DNA from: Candidatus Campbellbacteria bacterium
GTDB lineage: Bacteria > Patescibacteriota > Minisyncoccia > Phycocordibacterales > JAXHMZ01
Direction of reading: 5' to 3'
Assembly (NCBI GenBank): GCA_034521025.1
Contig: JAXHMZ010000005.1
Coordinates: 197,176-261,175 of the forward strand
DNA: 64,000 nt
Translations under genes and position numbers: made by a program
Shown: piece after piece, positions 38,223-47,590 of the stretch
Numbering within the stretch: the stretch's first letter is position 1
How the letters are laid out: each line of letters begins with the position of its first letter
The notes under the pieces: model-generated
The model's database searches: none
What the model was told of the DNA's origin: nothing
The model's input: the letters and a program-made list of their open reading frames with translations, nothing else

Positions 38223-39068
38223 ATGAAATCCTATAAACCAACCAGTCCAGCTCGCCGACATATGACCGTAGTTTCAACCGGGAAGGTTTTGAGTGGAGCC
38301 AAGCCCGCCAAGAAATTGACAAAAGGTTATAAGCGATCAGTTGGACGCAATCATCAAGGGCGATTAACTTCACGGCACAAAGGCGGTGGACACAAGAGAA
38401 AAACTCGCGAGATCGACTGGATTTTTGATAAGCACGACATTCCGGCAAAGATCGAGTCTTTGGAATATGATCCAAACAGAAGCGGATTTATTGCTCTAGT
38501 GGTTTACGCAGATGGAGAGAAGCGGTACATCCTGGCACCCAAAAACGTGAAGGTCGGCCAGGATCTTGTTGTCTCAAAGGATGCACCAATAAAGGCGGGC
38601 AACAGGACCATGCTTTCACGAATGCCGGTTGGTACTTTTGTCTACAATATAGAAATAAAGCCAAACCAGGGCGGCAAGTTGGTCCGTTCAGCGGGTAATT
38701 ACGCCGAGGTCATAGCAGTAGAGGGTGATTACGTGAGTTTGAAAATGCCATCAACAGAGGTAAGAAAGGTATTGGGTCGCAACTTTGCCACCGTTGGAGA
38801 AGTTTCGAATCCGGAACATCGTTTGCGTACTGTTGGTAAGGCCGGTAGGTCGCGACATATGGGAGTTCGACCGACAGTTAGAGGTTCCGCTATGAATGCT
38901 GTCGATCACCCTTATGGTGGCGGTGAAGGAAGAGCCGGACGCGGAATGCGTCGAGCAAAATCCAAGTGGGGCAAGCCAACCGGTCTGGGGCAGAAAACGC
39001 GTACCCCTAAAAAGTATTCCGATAGATTGATCATAAACAAGAGAAAGTCTAAGAGGCGCTCAAAATAG
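38223..39068 (+). CDS. rplB: 50S ribosomal protein uL2
   Basis: EYDPNRS, RPTVRGSAMNAVDHPYGGGEG. Confidence 0.98.
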   Translation: MKSYKPTSPARRHMTVVSTGKVLSGAKPAKKLTKGYKRSVGRNHQGRLTSRHKGGGHKRKTREIDWIFDKHDIPAKIESLEYDPNRSGFIALVVYADGEKRYILAPKNVKVGQDLVVSKDAPIKAGNRTMLSRMPVGTFVYNIEIKPNQGGKLVRSAGNYAEVIAVEGDYVSLKMPSTEVRKVLGRNFATVGEVSNPEHRLRTVGKAGRSRHMGVRPTVRGSAMNAVDHPYGGGEGRAGRGMRRAKSKWGKPTGLGQKTRTPKKYSDRLIINKRKSKRRSK

Positions 39069-39075
39069 GTCTTAT

Positions 39076-39104
39076 TTGACATAAGCACCTCTTTTCTATA
39101 GTAT
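39076..39104 (+). promoter_or_regulatory. Internal promoter before rpsS
   Basis: TTGACA-N17-TAGTAT. Confidence 0.6.
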
Positions 39105-39115
39105 TTGCAAACGTT

Positions 39116-39445
39116 ATGACACGATCACTTAAAAAAGGACCATATGTAGACGAAAAGCTCCTCAAGAAAATCGAGGGGAAGAAGCCGTCTGATGTCAAAG
39201 TAGTAAAAACTTGGGCTCGGAACTCTCAGATATCTCCGGAGATGGTAGGGTTTACATTTGGTGTACATAACGGGAAAGATCATATAGAAGTTCTCGTTAC
39301 GGAAGAAATGGTCGGTCATAGACTTGGCGAATTCGCTCCAACGCGCAAATTCTACAGGCACGGAGGTAAGATGCAGAAAGAGCTTGAAATAAAGAAACGC
39401 GAAGCCGAGATCGCGGCCGCCAAAGCGGCTAAAGCCACGGAGTAA
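39116..39445 (+). CDS. rpsS: 30S ribosomal protein uS19
   Basis: [27 protein letters not shown]. Confidence 0.98.
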   Translation: MTRSLKKGPYVDEKLLKKIEGKKPSDVKVVKTWARNSQISPEMVGFTFGVHNGKDHIEVLVTEEMVGHRLGEFAPTRKFYRHGGKMQKELEIKKREAEIAAAKAAKATE

Positions 39446-39459
39446 AGTAAGTTTGACTG

Positions 39460-39795
39460 ATGAATATGAAAGCAAATCTAAAAAACTACAGACAATCTCC
39501 CCGCAAAGTCAGACTTCTAGCTGATTTGATTCGTGGTAAGCGGGCGGACGAAGCGCAGAGAACGCTTGAGTTTACGCCCAAGCGAGCCAGTCAGACACTA
39601 AATAAATTGATAGATTCGGCAGTAGCTAACGCGCGCCACAATGATAATAAAAAGCCGGAAGATCTATATGTGAGCGAAGTTCGCGTAGACGAGGGTTTCA
39701 CTCTTAAAAGATTCCGTCCGCGAGCTAGGGGTCGGGCAACTCGGCTCAGAAAACGCACTTCGCACATATATCTAACGCTTGACGAGAAAAAATAG
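39460..39795 (+). CDS. rplV: 50S ribosomal protein uL22
   Basis: SPRKVRL.ADLIRGK, SAVANA, PRARGRA, RTSHI. Confidence 0.97.
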   Translation: MNMKANLKNYRQSPRKVRLLADLIRGKRADEAQRTLEFTPKRASQTLNKLIDSAVANARHNDNKKPEDLYVSEVRVDEGFTLKRFRPRARGRATRLRKRTSHIYLTLDEKK

Positions 39796-39801
39796 AATTT
39801 T

Positions 39802-40476
39802 ATGACACACACTGTACACCCATACGCACATAGAATTGGAATTATCCGTGATTGGAAATCACGCTGGTTCGGTTCAAAGAAATCATATCCCGAGTATTTG
39901 CGCTCGGATGTGGTTATTCGTGAGCACCTTGAAAAAAAGTTGCGTGGGTTGTATGTTTCTTCAGTAGATATTGAGCGCAGTGAAAAAGTTCTTCGCGTAA
40001 TAGTAAAAACTTCACGCCCCGGTCTTATAATAGGCCGAAACGGAGAAGAGATACAAAAGCTAAAAACATCTTTAATAAAAGCTCTACGGAAAGCAGAATC
40101 TAATATTCCCGAAGAAGTACGAATTGATGTCGAAGAGATCAAATCTCCTGAGTCCGACGCCGGCATAGTAGCGGAGATGGTACGTGAAGGACTTGAGCGC
40201 CGTCTGCCGTTTCGACGTGTGTTGAAACAGACAGCAGATAAAGTAATGGCGAATCGAAACGTTCTGGGCGTTCGTATTCGCGTAGCCGGTCGTCTTGGCG
40301 GAGCTGACATGGCAAGAACTGAAGAAATAATGAAGGGTCGAGTTCCTCTTCAGACTTTTCGCTCAGACATTGATTTCACCGAGACTCGAGCCGGAATAGC
40401 CCAAGGAACGCTTGGTATTAAGGTCTGGATATATCGCGGTGAGGTATTTGAAGAAGATAAAGAGAGCTCACGATAA
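39802..40476 (+). CDS. rpsC: 30S ribosomal protein uS3
   Basis: VHP..RIGI..DWKSRW, RPGLIIGR.G, GRVPLQT.R.DID, GIKVWI. Confidence 0.97.
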   Translation: MTHTVHPYAHRIGIIRDWKSRWFGSKKSYPEYLRSDVVIREHLEKKLRGLYVSSVDIERSEKVLRVIVKTSRPGLIIGRNGEEIQKLKTSLIKALRKAESNIPEEVRIDVEEIKSPESDAGIVAEMVREGLERRLPFRRVLKQTADKVMANRNVLGVRIRVAGRLGGADMARTEEIMKGRVPLQTFRSDIDFTETRAGIAQGTLGIKVWIYRGEVFEEDKESSR

Positions 40477-40487
40477 TTAATACGCTT

Positions 40488-40904
40488 ATGTTATTCCCTA
40501 AGAAAGTAAAGTTCAGAAAGTGGCAAAAACAGCGCAAGCACCCTGAGAAAACGGGAGTGGCTAGCCGTGGAATAGACATTGATTTTGGTTCTCACGGAAT
40601 GAAGTCGGTGGATTATGGGCGAATCCGATCTTTTCAAATAGAAGCGGCGCGAAAGATTATATCGCGAACTATCGGCAAAACAGGGCGTATGTGGATCCGT
40701 GTTTTTCCCGACCGACCCTATACCGAGAAACCACCCGAGGTAGGTATGGGTAAAGGTAAAGGCGATCCGCAGGGGTATGAATTCGAAGTTACTCCGGGGC
40801 GCGTTCTTTTCGAAGTAGACGGAGTTACCGAAGAAGTAGCGCGAGAAGCGCTTCGTAAAGGAGCAGCCAAATTACCGGTAGCTATAAAAATTGTTGCTCG
40901 CTAG
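40488..40904 (+). CDS. rplP: 50S ribosomal protein uL16
   Basis: QIEAAR, WIRVFPD, MGKGKG, KLP. Confidence 0.97.
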   Translation: MLFPKKVKFRKWQKQRKHPEKTGVASRGIDIDFGSHGMKSVDYGRIRSFQIEAARKIISRTIGKTGRMWIRVFPDRPYTEKPPEVGMGKGKGDPQGYEFEVTPGRVLFEVDGVTEEVAREALRKGAAKLPVAIKIVAR

Positions 40905-40908
40905 TATT

Positions 40909-41100
40909 ATGAAAATGAAAGAAATACAAAAAAAGAAAGACAACGATCTGAAAAAGCTTCTTTTAGAGAAGCGCGAGGAACTGCGGGAATACCGTTTTGG
41001 CGCGACCGGGAGCAAGGCCAGCAATACGAATCTTGGAAATCAGATAAAAAAGGATGTGGCTCGTATTCTAACGGAGATAAACGCCAGAGCTCAGAAATAA
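40909..41100 (+). CDS. rpmC: 50S ribosomal protein uL29
   Basis: IKKDVARILT; operon position; start ATG 40909. Confidence 0.9.
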   Translation: MKMKEIQKKKDNDLKKLLLEKREELREYRFGATGSKASNTNLGNQIKKDVARILTEINARAQK

Positions 41101-41109
41101 ACTAAACGT

Positions 41110-41370
41110 ATGGAAAAGACAAAGGAACAAACAAATAAAAGAAACAAAACCACGCTAAAAGGCACGGTAGTTTCGGACAAAACGAAAGACACGGTAGTGG
41201 TTTTGGTTAATCGTTATGTAAAGCATCCAAAGTACAAAAAGTATATGAAGATAGGCAGGCGTATTAAAGCCGCGGACGTAGGTAATACGCGCTCGGTTGG
41301 AGATACTATCTTTATAGAAGAATGTGCTCCGATATCCAAAGATAAGCGTTTTAAGGTGATCGATAAGTAG
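41110..41370 (+). CDS. rpsQ: 30S ribosomal protein uS17
   Basis: GTVVSDK, HPKYKK, ECAPISKDKRF. Confidence 0.95.
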   Translation: MEKTKEQTNKRNKTTLKGTVVSDKTKDTVVVLVNRYVKHPKYKKYMKIGRRIKAADVGNTRSVGDTIFIEECAPISKDKRFKVIDK

Positions 41371-41395
41371 AAGTCACCTATTTAGCAAAAATATT

Positions 41396-41767
41396 ATGAT
41401 TCAGACTCAAACACTCGTAAAAATAACAGATAACTCAGGCGGAAAGATCGGCCGTGTGTTCAAGATACTCGGTGGGTCAAAGAAGCGATACGCACAGATA
41501 GGTGACGTTGTTGTTTTGTCGGTGCAGTCAGCGGAACCACGCAAGCAAGTCAAGAAAAAAGATGTTTTGCATGCCGTGGTTGTAAGACAAGCCAAACCAA
41601 TGCGACGTGATGATGGATCATATATTCGCTTCGATGAAAACGCGGTGGTGGCAATCGAGAAAGGCGGCAAGGAGCCTCGCGCTGGACGTGTCTTTGGGCC
41701 TATTCCACGCGAGATATCCGAAAAAGGATTTCAGCGTATCGCTTCGCTTGCCCCAGAAGTACTCTAG
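41396..41767 (+). CDS. rplN: 50S ribosomal protein uL14
   Basis: MIQ..T...DNSG, IRFDENAVV, RVFGP, SLAPEVL. Confidence 0.97.
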   Translation: MIQTQTLVKITDNSGGKIGRVFKILGGSKKRYAQIGDVVVLSVQSAEPRKQVKKKDVLHAVVVRQAKPMRRDDGSYIRFDENAVVAIEKGGKEPRAGRVFGPIPREISEKGFQRIASLAPEVL

Positions 41768-41784
41768 TGATAAACTCATCCTCT

Positions 41785-42096
41785 ATGAAGATCAAGAAAA
41801 ACGACAACGTTACAGTGGTTTCAGGAAAAGATAAAGGAGTAACCGGAAAAGTTACAGAGGCTTTTCCTCGTCGAAACAAAGTTGTCGTTGAAAGTGTAAA
41901 CGTGGTGAAGCGTCACGCTAAGTCGAGCAAAAAAGGGGAAAGTGGGGAGATAATTGAGAAATCTCTACCGATCGACGTTTCCAACGTAATGCTACTCGAT
42001 CCAAAAGAAAACAAACCGACAAGAATAGGCTACTCTACGAACAAGGAGGGCAAAAAGGTCCGCGTGGCGAAAAAGAGCGGCCAGAACATAGACTAA
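41785..42096 (+). CDS. rplX: 50S ribosomal protein uL24
   Basis: MKIKK.DNV.VVSGKDKG KOW motif, PIDVSNV; start ATG 41785. Confidence 0.96.
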   Translation: MKIKKNDNVTVVSGKDKGVTGKVTEAFPRRNKVVVESVNVVKRHAKSSKKGESGEIIEKSLPIDVSNVMLLDPKENKPTRIGYSTNKEGKKVRVAKKSGQNID

Positions 42097-42106
42097 TTTA
42101 GATATT

Positions 42107-42664
42107 ATGACAACGACTTTAAGAGAAAAACAAAGCAAGGCATTTGAGGAGTTGAAAGGTGATCTTGGATACGAAAACAAGATGCAGGCTCCGCGTATTG
42201 AAAAGATAGTTATATCAAGCGGTATCGGTAAAGTGGACGATAAGAACAAAATTGAACTTATCGAGGATCGGTTGGCTCGTATTACCGGCCAAAAACCCGC
42301 TCCACGCCAGGCGAAAAAATCCATTGCTAGCTTTAAAGTACGTGAAGGCGACAAGGTTGGCTATCAGGTCACTCTGCGCGGACCCGAGAAGGAGGCGTTT
42401 TTTGACAAGCTGATAAATGTCGCCATTCCGCGTATGCGCGACTTTCGTGGGCTGTCTCGCGAATCGGTAGACGAAATGGGTAATTATACTGTCGGAGTCA
42501 GGGAGCACACTATTTTTCCCGAGACGTCAGATGAAGAGCTGCGCAATGTGTTTGGTTTTTCAGTTACTATCGTGACAACCGCAAAGAGCGGCGAAGAAGC
42601 TTTGAGGTATTTAGAGTACCTAGGTTTGCCGATAAAAAAAGAGGAAACCGAAACTGAACAATAA
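42107..42664 (+). CDS. rplE: 50S ribosomal protein uL5
   Basis: ITGQKP, KKSIASFKVREG, PRMRDFRG. Confidence 0.97.
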   Translation: MTTTLREKQSKAFEELKGDLGYENKMQAPRIEKIVISSGIGKVDDKNKIELIEDRLARITGQKPAPRQAKKSIASFKVREGDKVGYQVTLRGPEKEAFFDKLINVAIPRMRDFRGLSRESVDEMGNYTVGVREHTIFPETSDEELRNVFGFSVTIVTTAKSGEEALRYLEYLGLPIKKEETETEQ

Positions 42665-42692
42665 AACAACGCAAAACGGCCTAAAATAAGGG

Positions 42693-42730
42693 AAATAAAT
42701 GCTTCAATCTATAGATTGAAGCATTTATTT
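42693..42730. repeat. Perfect 38 bp palindrome, copy 2 of the dispersed repeat
   Basis: AAATAAATGCTTCAATCTA|TAGATTGAAGCATTTATTT, identical to the core at 7407-7444. Confidence 0.95.
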
Positions 42731-42793
42731 TGTCATTATTACTTAACTCAATTGTTAACAATCGAAGCATATGGTTGTGATACAATTTAGCCC

Positions 42794-42976
42794 ATGGAAG
42801 GCAAAGAATCATTTCCGCAAAATCCAGAAGGTGAGAGCGAAGAGAGTTCTCCGGAAAGCGGTCCGGAGGCTATCGAGGGTGATAAAACAGAGAGCGGAGA
42901 AGTTCCAGAATTTGACCCAGAGAGAGTCGATACAGATAAATTAAGGGAAGCGATCAGAAGAGCAAAAAATAGTTAA
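42794..42976 (+). CDS. Small acidic orphan protein, 60 aa
   Basis: TGaTACAAT 7 nt before ATG; Glu-rich. Confidence 0.6.
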   Translation: MEGKESFPQNPEGESEESSPESGPEAIEGDKTESGEVPEFDPERVDTDKLREAIRRAKNS

Positions 42977-43043
42977 TAGCGAACTTAAGGGCTTTTTGAG
43001 AGCATAAGTTCGATTGATCTATAACTAAGAAAGTTTATATAAA

Positions 43044-43448
43044 ATGGAAAATTTTAACGATCAACTCGAAGACAACGAAGAAGATCTAAGGCAAGCTAGC
43101 GTAAATAAAACCCCGGAAGAGGTGAGAGAGCGAATGAGAGAACTCTCAGAAGAGATCAAGGATGAAAATAGCGAAAGAGAAGGAGATATGAATGCGGATG
43201 AATTGAGACAAAGACAAGAAGAAGCGGGGGACACAACCGGGGACGAAGACTTTGGTAAACCAGCTGGGGTTAATATGACTCCCGAGGAGGTTAGAAAAAA
43301 ACAGGAAGAAGAGGAAAGTAAACTCTCCCAAGCTAAAGGTAGATTGGTGGACGCCGCGGTTGAAAAAAGCCCCGAAGAGCTTAGGCGAGACGCGGCCGAG
43401 GGAGGAGACGAAGAAGACGGTGACGAAGAGATGAAAAAAGCCGCTTAA
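43044..43448 (+). CDS. Acidic hydrophilic repeat protein, 134 aa
   Basis: Three A.V.(K/M)(T/S)PEE(V/L)R repeats; ends in KKAA. Confidence 0.7.
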   Translation: MENFNDQLEDNEEDLRQASVNKTPEEVRERMRELSEEIKDENSEREGDMNADELRQRQEEAGDTTGDEDFGKPAGVNMTPEEVRKKQEEEESKLSQAKGRLVDAAVEKSPEELRRDAAEGGDEEDGDEEMKKAA

Positions 43449-43498
43449 TAAAGCATTTTGCGCAGGTACATAAACATCGCAAGGGGTCAAAAAGGCAT

Positions 43499-43527
43499 TT
43501 GACAATAATCTACTATCTTGCTAATCT
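43499..43527 (+). promoter_or_regulatory. Promoter for the rpsN-secY segment
   Basis: TTGACA-N17-TAATCT with TG extension; short leader hairpin AAAGCTC-AC-GGGCTTT at 43536-43551. Confidence 0.6.
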
Positions 43528-43613
43528 TCTGTGGTAAAGCTCACGGGCTTTTTACTTTTGTCTTTATAACAAGACTTATATTTGTTAGTAATTATTTATT
43601 TGCAAGTTAATTT

Positions 43614-43799
43614 ATGGCTAAAAAGTCAGTAATCGCACGAAGCCAAAAGAAGCCGAAACACTCGACGCGCGTAGTGCGGCGTTGTTTTAAGTGCGGTCGC
43701 AAGCGCGGCTATATGCGAGATTTTGACCTTTGCCGTATCTGCTTTAGAGAACTTGCAAATGAAGGGAAAATTCCCGGAGTTAGAAAATCGTCATGGTAA
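43614..43799 (+). CDS. rpsN: 30S ribosomal protein uS14, zinc-binding type Z
   Basis: RCFKCGR...[21 protein letters not shown]. Confidence 0.97.
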   Translation: MAKKSVIARSQKKPKHSTRVVRRCFKCGRKRGYMRDFDLCRICFRELANEGKIPGVRKSSW

Positions 43800-44188
43800 C
43801 AGACCCTATTGGAGACTTTTTAACGCGTATTGAGAACGCAGGAAACGCCCGTCAGAATACGACAACGGTGCCGTTTTCGTCGCTGAAAGAAAATATAGCC
43901 AAAGTTCTTGAGCGCGAAGGATACATTGCAAGTGTTGAAACGTCAGGTAAGAACACCTCAAAGACTCTCGAGGTTGGGATCAAGTATAGTGCCGACAAAA
44001 CACCTCGAGTGAATAAAACCGAACGAGTGTCCAAGCCGTCACGCAGAATGTATACTTCTTATGAAGATATAAAGCCGTTCAAATTCGGGAAAGGCAATAC
44101 GATCCTTTCAACCCCCAAAGGCATCCTTACTGATATGGAGGCCAAAAAACAAGAAGTGGGAGGAGAGATACTTTTTTCAATCTGGTAA
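43793..44188 (+). CDS. rpsH: 30S ribosomal protein uS8
   Basis: [28 protein letters not shown]. Confidence 0.97.
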   Translation: MVTDPIGDFLTRIENAGNARQNTTTVPFSSLKENIAKVLEREGYIASVETSGKNTSKTLEVGIKYSADKTPRVNKTERVSKPSRRMYTSYEDIKPFKFGKGNTILSTPKGILTDMEAKKQEVGGEILFSIW

Positions 44189-44197
44189 GAGAAATAT

Positions 44198-44731
44198 ATG
44201 TCACGAGTAGGAAAACAAGAATTAAAAATACCTAATGGTACGACCGTCGAACTAAACGGCGATACTGTTGTTGTTAAGGGGCCAAAGGGAACTTTGGAGA
44301 GGACTCTGAATCCCAAGGTAAACGTTTCGGTAGAAGATGGTGAGGTTAAAGTTACTCCTGTCGATGACGAACTTCCTACTCAAGCGCTGTGGGGTACTTT
44401 TGCCTCGCACATAAAAAATATGATAGACGGGGTAAACGATCCCTTTGAGAAGAAACTAGAAGTAGAGGGCGTGGGATATCGAGCGGAAATGCAAGGTAGC
44501 GACTTGGTTTTGAATGTCGGGTATTCGCATCCTATAAAGATGCCGATACCGGAAGGCGTTGAGGTTTCAGTTGAAAAAAATGTCATTTCGGTATCTGGTC
44601 CCAACAAAGAGACTGTCGGACAATTCGCCTCCTCGATCCGGTCTATGAGGAAGCCGGAGCCGTACAAAGGCAAAGGAATTCATTATGAAGATGAGTATGT
44701 CCGCCGTAAGCAAGGTAAGAAATCTGTATAA
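44198..44731 (+). CDS. rplF: 50S ribosomal protein uL6
   Basis: MSRVGK, GVGYRA, GYSHP, PEPYKGKGI. Confidence 0.98.
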   Translation: MSRVGKQELKIPNGTTVELNGDTVVVKGPKGTLERTLNPKVNVSVEDGEVKVTPVDDELPTQALWGTFASHIKNMIDGVNDPFEKKLEVEGVGYRAEMQGSDLVLNVGYSHPIKMPIPEGVEVSVEKNVISVSGPNKETVGQFASSIRSMRKPEPYKGKGIHYEDEYVRRKQGKKSV

Positions 44732-44736
44732 CCTTT

Positions 44737-45081
44737 ATGACCACTCTTAGAAACAAAAAAAGACTCAACCGACATAATCGCATTCGTGCGAGAATAATGG
44801 GAACTGCCGAGCGTCCTCGCCTTGCTGTTTTTCGTTCAAATAAACAGTTCTACGCGCAGCTTGTTGATGATGAGGCGGGAGAAACACTTATCGGAGTAAC
44901 CTCCCTTAATATCAAGAACAAATCTTCCAAAGAAAAAGCACAGGATGTGGCAAAAGAGATAGCGAAAAAGGCGAAGGAAAAAGGTATAGAGAAAGTAGTT
45001 TTTGATCGCGGTGGTTTTCTTTACACCGGTAACATTAAGCTTTTCGCTGATACCGCTCGGGAAGCAGGGTTAATTTTTTAG
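44737..45081 (+). CDS. rplR: 50S ribosomal protein uL18
   Basis: RPRLAVFRSNK, VVFDRGGFLY.G, AREAGL.F. Confidence 0.97.
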   Translation: MTTLRNKKRLNRHNRIRARIMGTAERPRLAVFRSNKQFYAQLVDDEAGETLIGVTSLNIKNKSSKEKAQDVAKEIAKKAKEKGIEKVVFDRGGFLYTGNIKLFADTAREAGLIF

Positions 45082-45086
45082 ATTTT

Positions 45087-45827
45087 ATGCAGATGACTAC
45101 GGACAAAACAAAAGAAGATATGACTGAAAAAACCAATTCGCCAAAGCCAAAGAGTGAAGGTAAAGAAGGCTCAGAACGAACTAGCTCTCAGAGCTATAAT
45201 AAAGATAGCGCGCGAGTGTCGCGATACGGAGATCCGAGCAAGCGCCAATCAAAAGAAGGGGCAGAAAACCGCAGAGGTGGAGGCAGAAAACAAGGAAAGC
45301 GTTTTAATAAAAAAGGAGATCGTCCTCGTCCTGAATTTGATCAGAAAATTGTTTCAATTCGTCGAGTTACGCGTGTAGTAGCAGGAGGTAGGCGTTTTAG
45401 CTTTTCTGTTTCACTGGTAGCAGGTGATAGAAAAGGATCGGTTGGAGTCGGTATCGGCAAGGCATCTGATACTGCTCTCGCCATCGAAAAAGCATTTCGT
45501 GACGCCAAAAGTTCAATGGTTAAGATAAAACGAACAGAAGAAGGTTCTATTCCTCATGACGTGGAAGCAAGGTATACTTCTTCGCACGTTCTACTGCGTC
45601 CTTCTAAGGGCAAGGGACTCGTCGCGGGTAGCTCAGTCAGGACCGTTCTAGATTTTGCCGGTATCAAAGACGTATCAGGAAAACTTATTTCACGTAGTAA
45701 GAACAAACTGAACAACGCACGGGCTACCGTTAAAGCTTTGGAGAAGTTTGGGGTTGTTGAAAGACAGGAAAAGCCCGCTTCCTCAGAGGAGAGTGAGAAT
45801 AAAGAGGAGACGCAAAGTAGATCTTAA
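45087..45827 (+). CDS. rpsE: 30S ribosomal protein uS5 with long N-terminal extension
   Basis: RRVTRVVAGGRRFSF, GVGIGKA; about 80 aa disordered N-terminus. Confidence 0.96.
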   Translation: MQMTTDKTKEDMTEKTNSPKPKSEGKEGSERTSSQSYNKDSARVSRYGDPSKRQSKEGAENRRGGGRKQGKRFNKKGDRPRPEFDQKIVSIRRVTRVVAGGRRFSFSVSLVAGDRKGSVGVGIGKASDTALAIEKAFRDAKSSMVKIKRTEEGSIPHDVEARYTSSHVLLRPSKGKGLVAGSSVRTVLDFAGIKDVSGKLISRSKNKLNNARATVKALEKFGVVERQEKPASSEESENKEETQSRS

Positions 45828-45838
45828 TATTAAAAATT

Positions 45839-46270
45839 ATGCAGATAAATTCACTAGAGAGAAAACATCCGAATAAAACGTCACGACAGTTGGGACGTGG
45901 AGGCAAGCGTGGCAAGACTTCCGGGCGTGGTCACAAAGGTCAAAAGGCGCGCGCGGGGCACCGTATTCGTCCTGAAATACGCGACGAGATCAAGAGTATG
46001 CCAAAATTGCGCGGTTATAGGTTCTCTAGCTTCACAGCAAAACCAATACCCGTGAATTTGGCTCTTCTAGAAAAGCACTACAAGGAGGGTGAGGCAGTTA
46101 CGGTAGTTTCTTTAATGGAAAAAGGTCTTGTTAAAAAACAAGGAGGCAAAGCGCCGGCCGTAAAAATTCTTGGCAATGGCGATATTACCAAAAAATTAAA
46201 TGTAGAAGGTATCGAAGTATCGACTACAGCTAGAGAAAAAATAGAAAAAGCCGGAGGTAAGATCTCATAG
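45839..46270 (+). CDS. rplO: 50S ribosomal protein uL15 (no rpmD between rpsE and rplO)
   Basis: GKTSGRGHKGQKAR, VKILGNG, KIEKAGG; only 11 nt after the rpsE stop. Confidence 0.97.
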   Translation: MQINSLERKHPNKTSRQLGRGGKRGKTSGRGHKGQKARAGHRIRPEIRDEIKSMPKLRGYRFSSFTAKPIPVNLALLEKHYKEGEAVTVVSLMEKGLVKKQGGKAPAVKILGNGDITKKLNVEGIEVSTTAREKIEKAGGKIS

Positions 46271-46273
46271 AGT

Positions 46274-47545
46274 ATGAACTTTTTTGTTACATTCCAGAAA
46301 GCGTTTAAAGATCCGCAAATAAAAAAGCGAATATTTTTCGTATTATTTGCTCTTTTTATATTTCGGGTTTTAGCCGCTATACCGATTCCGGCTATCGATC
46401 AGGCGGAACTTTCTACTCTTTTGTCCGGTAACCAATTCTTAGGTTTGCTCAACCTGTTTTCAGGTGGCGGACTTTCATCGCTTTCGATCGTTATGCTCGG
46501 AGTTGGTCCTTTCATTACCGCCTCTATTGGTATGCAGCTTCTAACGACCGTTATTCCCCAGCTTAAAACGATGTACCACGAAGAGGGGGACGCGGGACGT
46601 CGCAAGTTTTCCCAGATCTCTCGTATGATCACGGTTCCACTAGCTCTTTTCCAGGCTTTTGGATTTCTGATCTTTCTTCAACAACAAGGTATTCTTAGCG
46701 GGCTTTCGATCCCGGAGCTTGTTACGAACGCAGTCATAGTGGCCACCGGCTCGGTGCTTATTATGTGGGTCGGAGAGCTTATCTCAGAATTTGGAATAGG
46801 TAATGGAGTATCAATGATAATTTTTGCCGGTATTGTTGCCGGTTTGCCGTCCACGGTTCAACAGTTGGCTTTCACTTACACTCCGGCCGATCTTCCAATT
46901 TACATCGCTTTCGCGTTTGCGGCGATTGCTATCGTATCTGGAGTTGTGGCGATCTCTGAGGCGGAGCGTCCGATCCCGATCACTAATTCTAAACAAGCAC
47001 GAGGGGGCGCGCGCAGTGCCGGTCAAATTTCTACCTACCTACCATTAAAGGTAAATCAGGCCGGAGTTATGCCCATAATCTTTGCTTTGGCGATACTTTT
47101 GTTCCCGCAGTTCGTGTTCGGCTTTCTCTCCGGCCTTGATAACGCGGCGCTCGCATCTTTTGGTGATCAAGCTACGCAATTATTCCAAAACGCTATATTC
47201 TACTCGTTGTTTTACTTTGGTTTGGTATTCTTTTTCACTTACTTCTATACGGCTATTACGTTCGACCCTGAATCTATAGCGGAGAATCTGCAGAAGAGCG
47301 GTTCATATGTTCCTGGAGTGCGTCCAGGCACAGCCACCGAAAAATATATCGGCTCGGTTTTGACAAGAATTACTTTTGTCGGCGCGACCTTCTTGGGCGT
47401 TATAGCCGTACTGCCTCTCATTATGCAGGGGATCACAGGTAATCCGAATCTGGCCATCGGCGGTACCGCGCTCCTGATCGTTGTCTCGGTAGTTTTGGAC
47501 TTCATCAAAAAAGTGGATGCGCAGGTCTCAATGCGCGAATATTAA
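46274..47545 (+). CDS. secY: Preprotein translocase SecY
   Basis: LGVGPFITASI, GIGNGVSMIIFAGI, LPLKVNQAGVMPIIFA, PGVRPG, GGTALLIVV. Confidence 0.98.
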   Translation: MNFFVTFQKAFKDPQIKKRIFFVLFALFIFRVLAAIPIPAIDQAELSTLLSGNQFLGLLNLFSGGGLSSLSIVMLGVGPFITASIGMQLLTTVIPQLKTMYHEEGDAGRRKFSQISRMITVPLALFQAFGFLIFLQQQGILSGLSIPELVTNAVIVATGSVLIMWVGELISEFGIGNGVSMIIFAGIVAGLPSTVQQLAFTYTPADLPIYIAFAFAAIAIVSGVVAISEAERPIPITNSKQARGGARSAGQISTYLPLKVNQAGVMPIIFALAILLFPQFVFGFLSGLDNAALASFGDQATQLFQNAIFYSLFYFGLVFFFTYFYTAITFDPESIAENLQKSGSYVPGVRPGTATEKYIGSVLTRITFVGATFLGVIAVLPLIMQGITGNPNLAIGGTALLIVVSVVLDFIKKVDAQVSMREY

Positions 47546-47549
47546 AAAC

Positions 47550-47574
47550 AAAACGTGCCACGGCACGTTTTTTT
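47550..47574 (+). terminator. Intrinsic terminator after secY
   Basis: AAAACGTGCC-AC-GGCACGTTTTTTT. Confidence 0.75.
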
Positions 47575-47590
47575 GTATACTATAGACACA

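Noticed and set aside
45828-45838. Missing rpmD as a novelty or assembly gap
   Set aside because: The junction is clean, and absence of uL30 is an established CPR trait.
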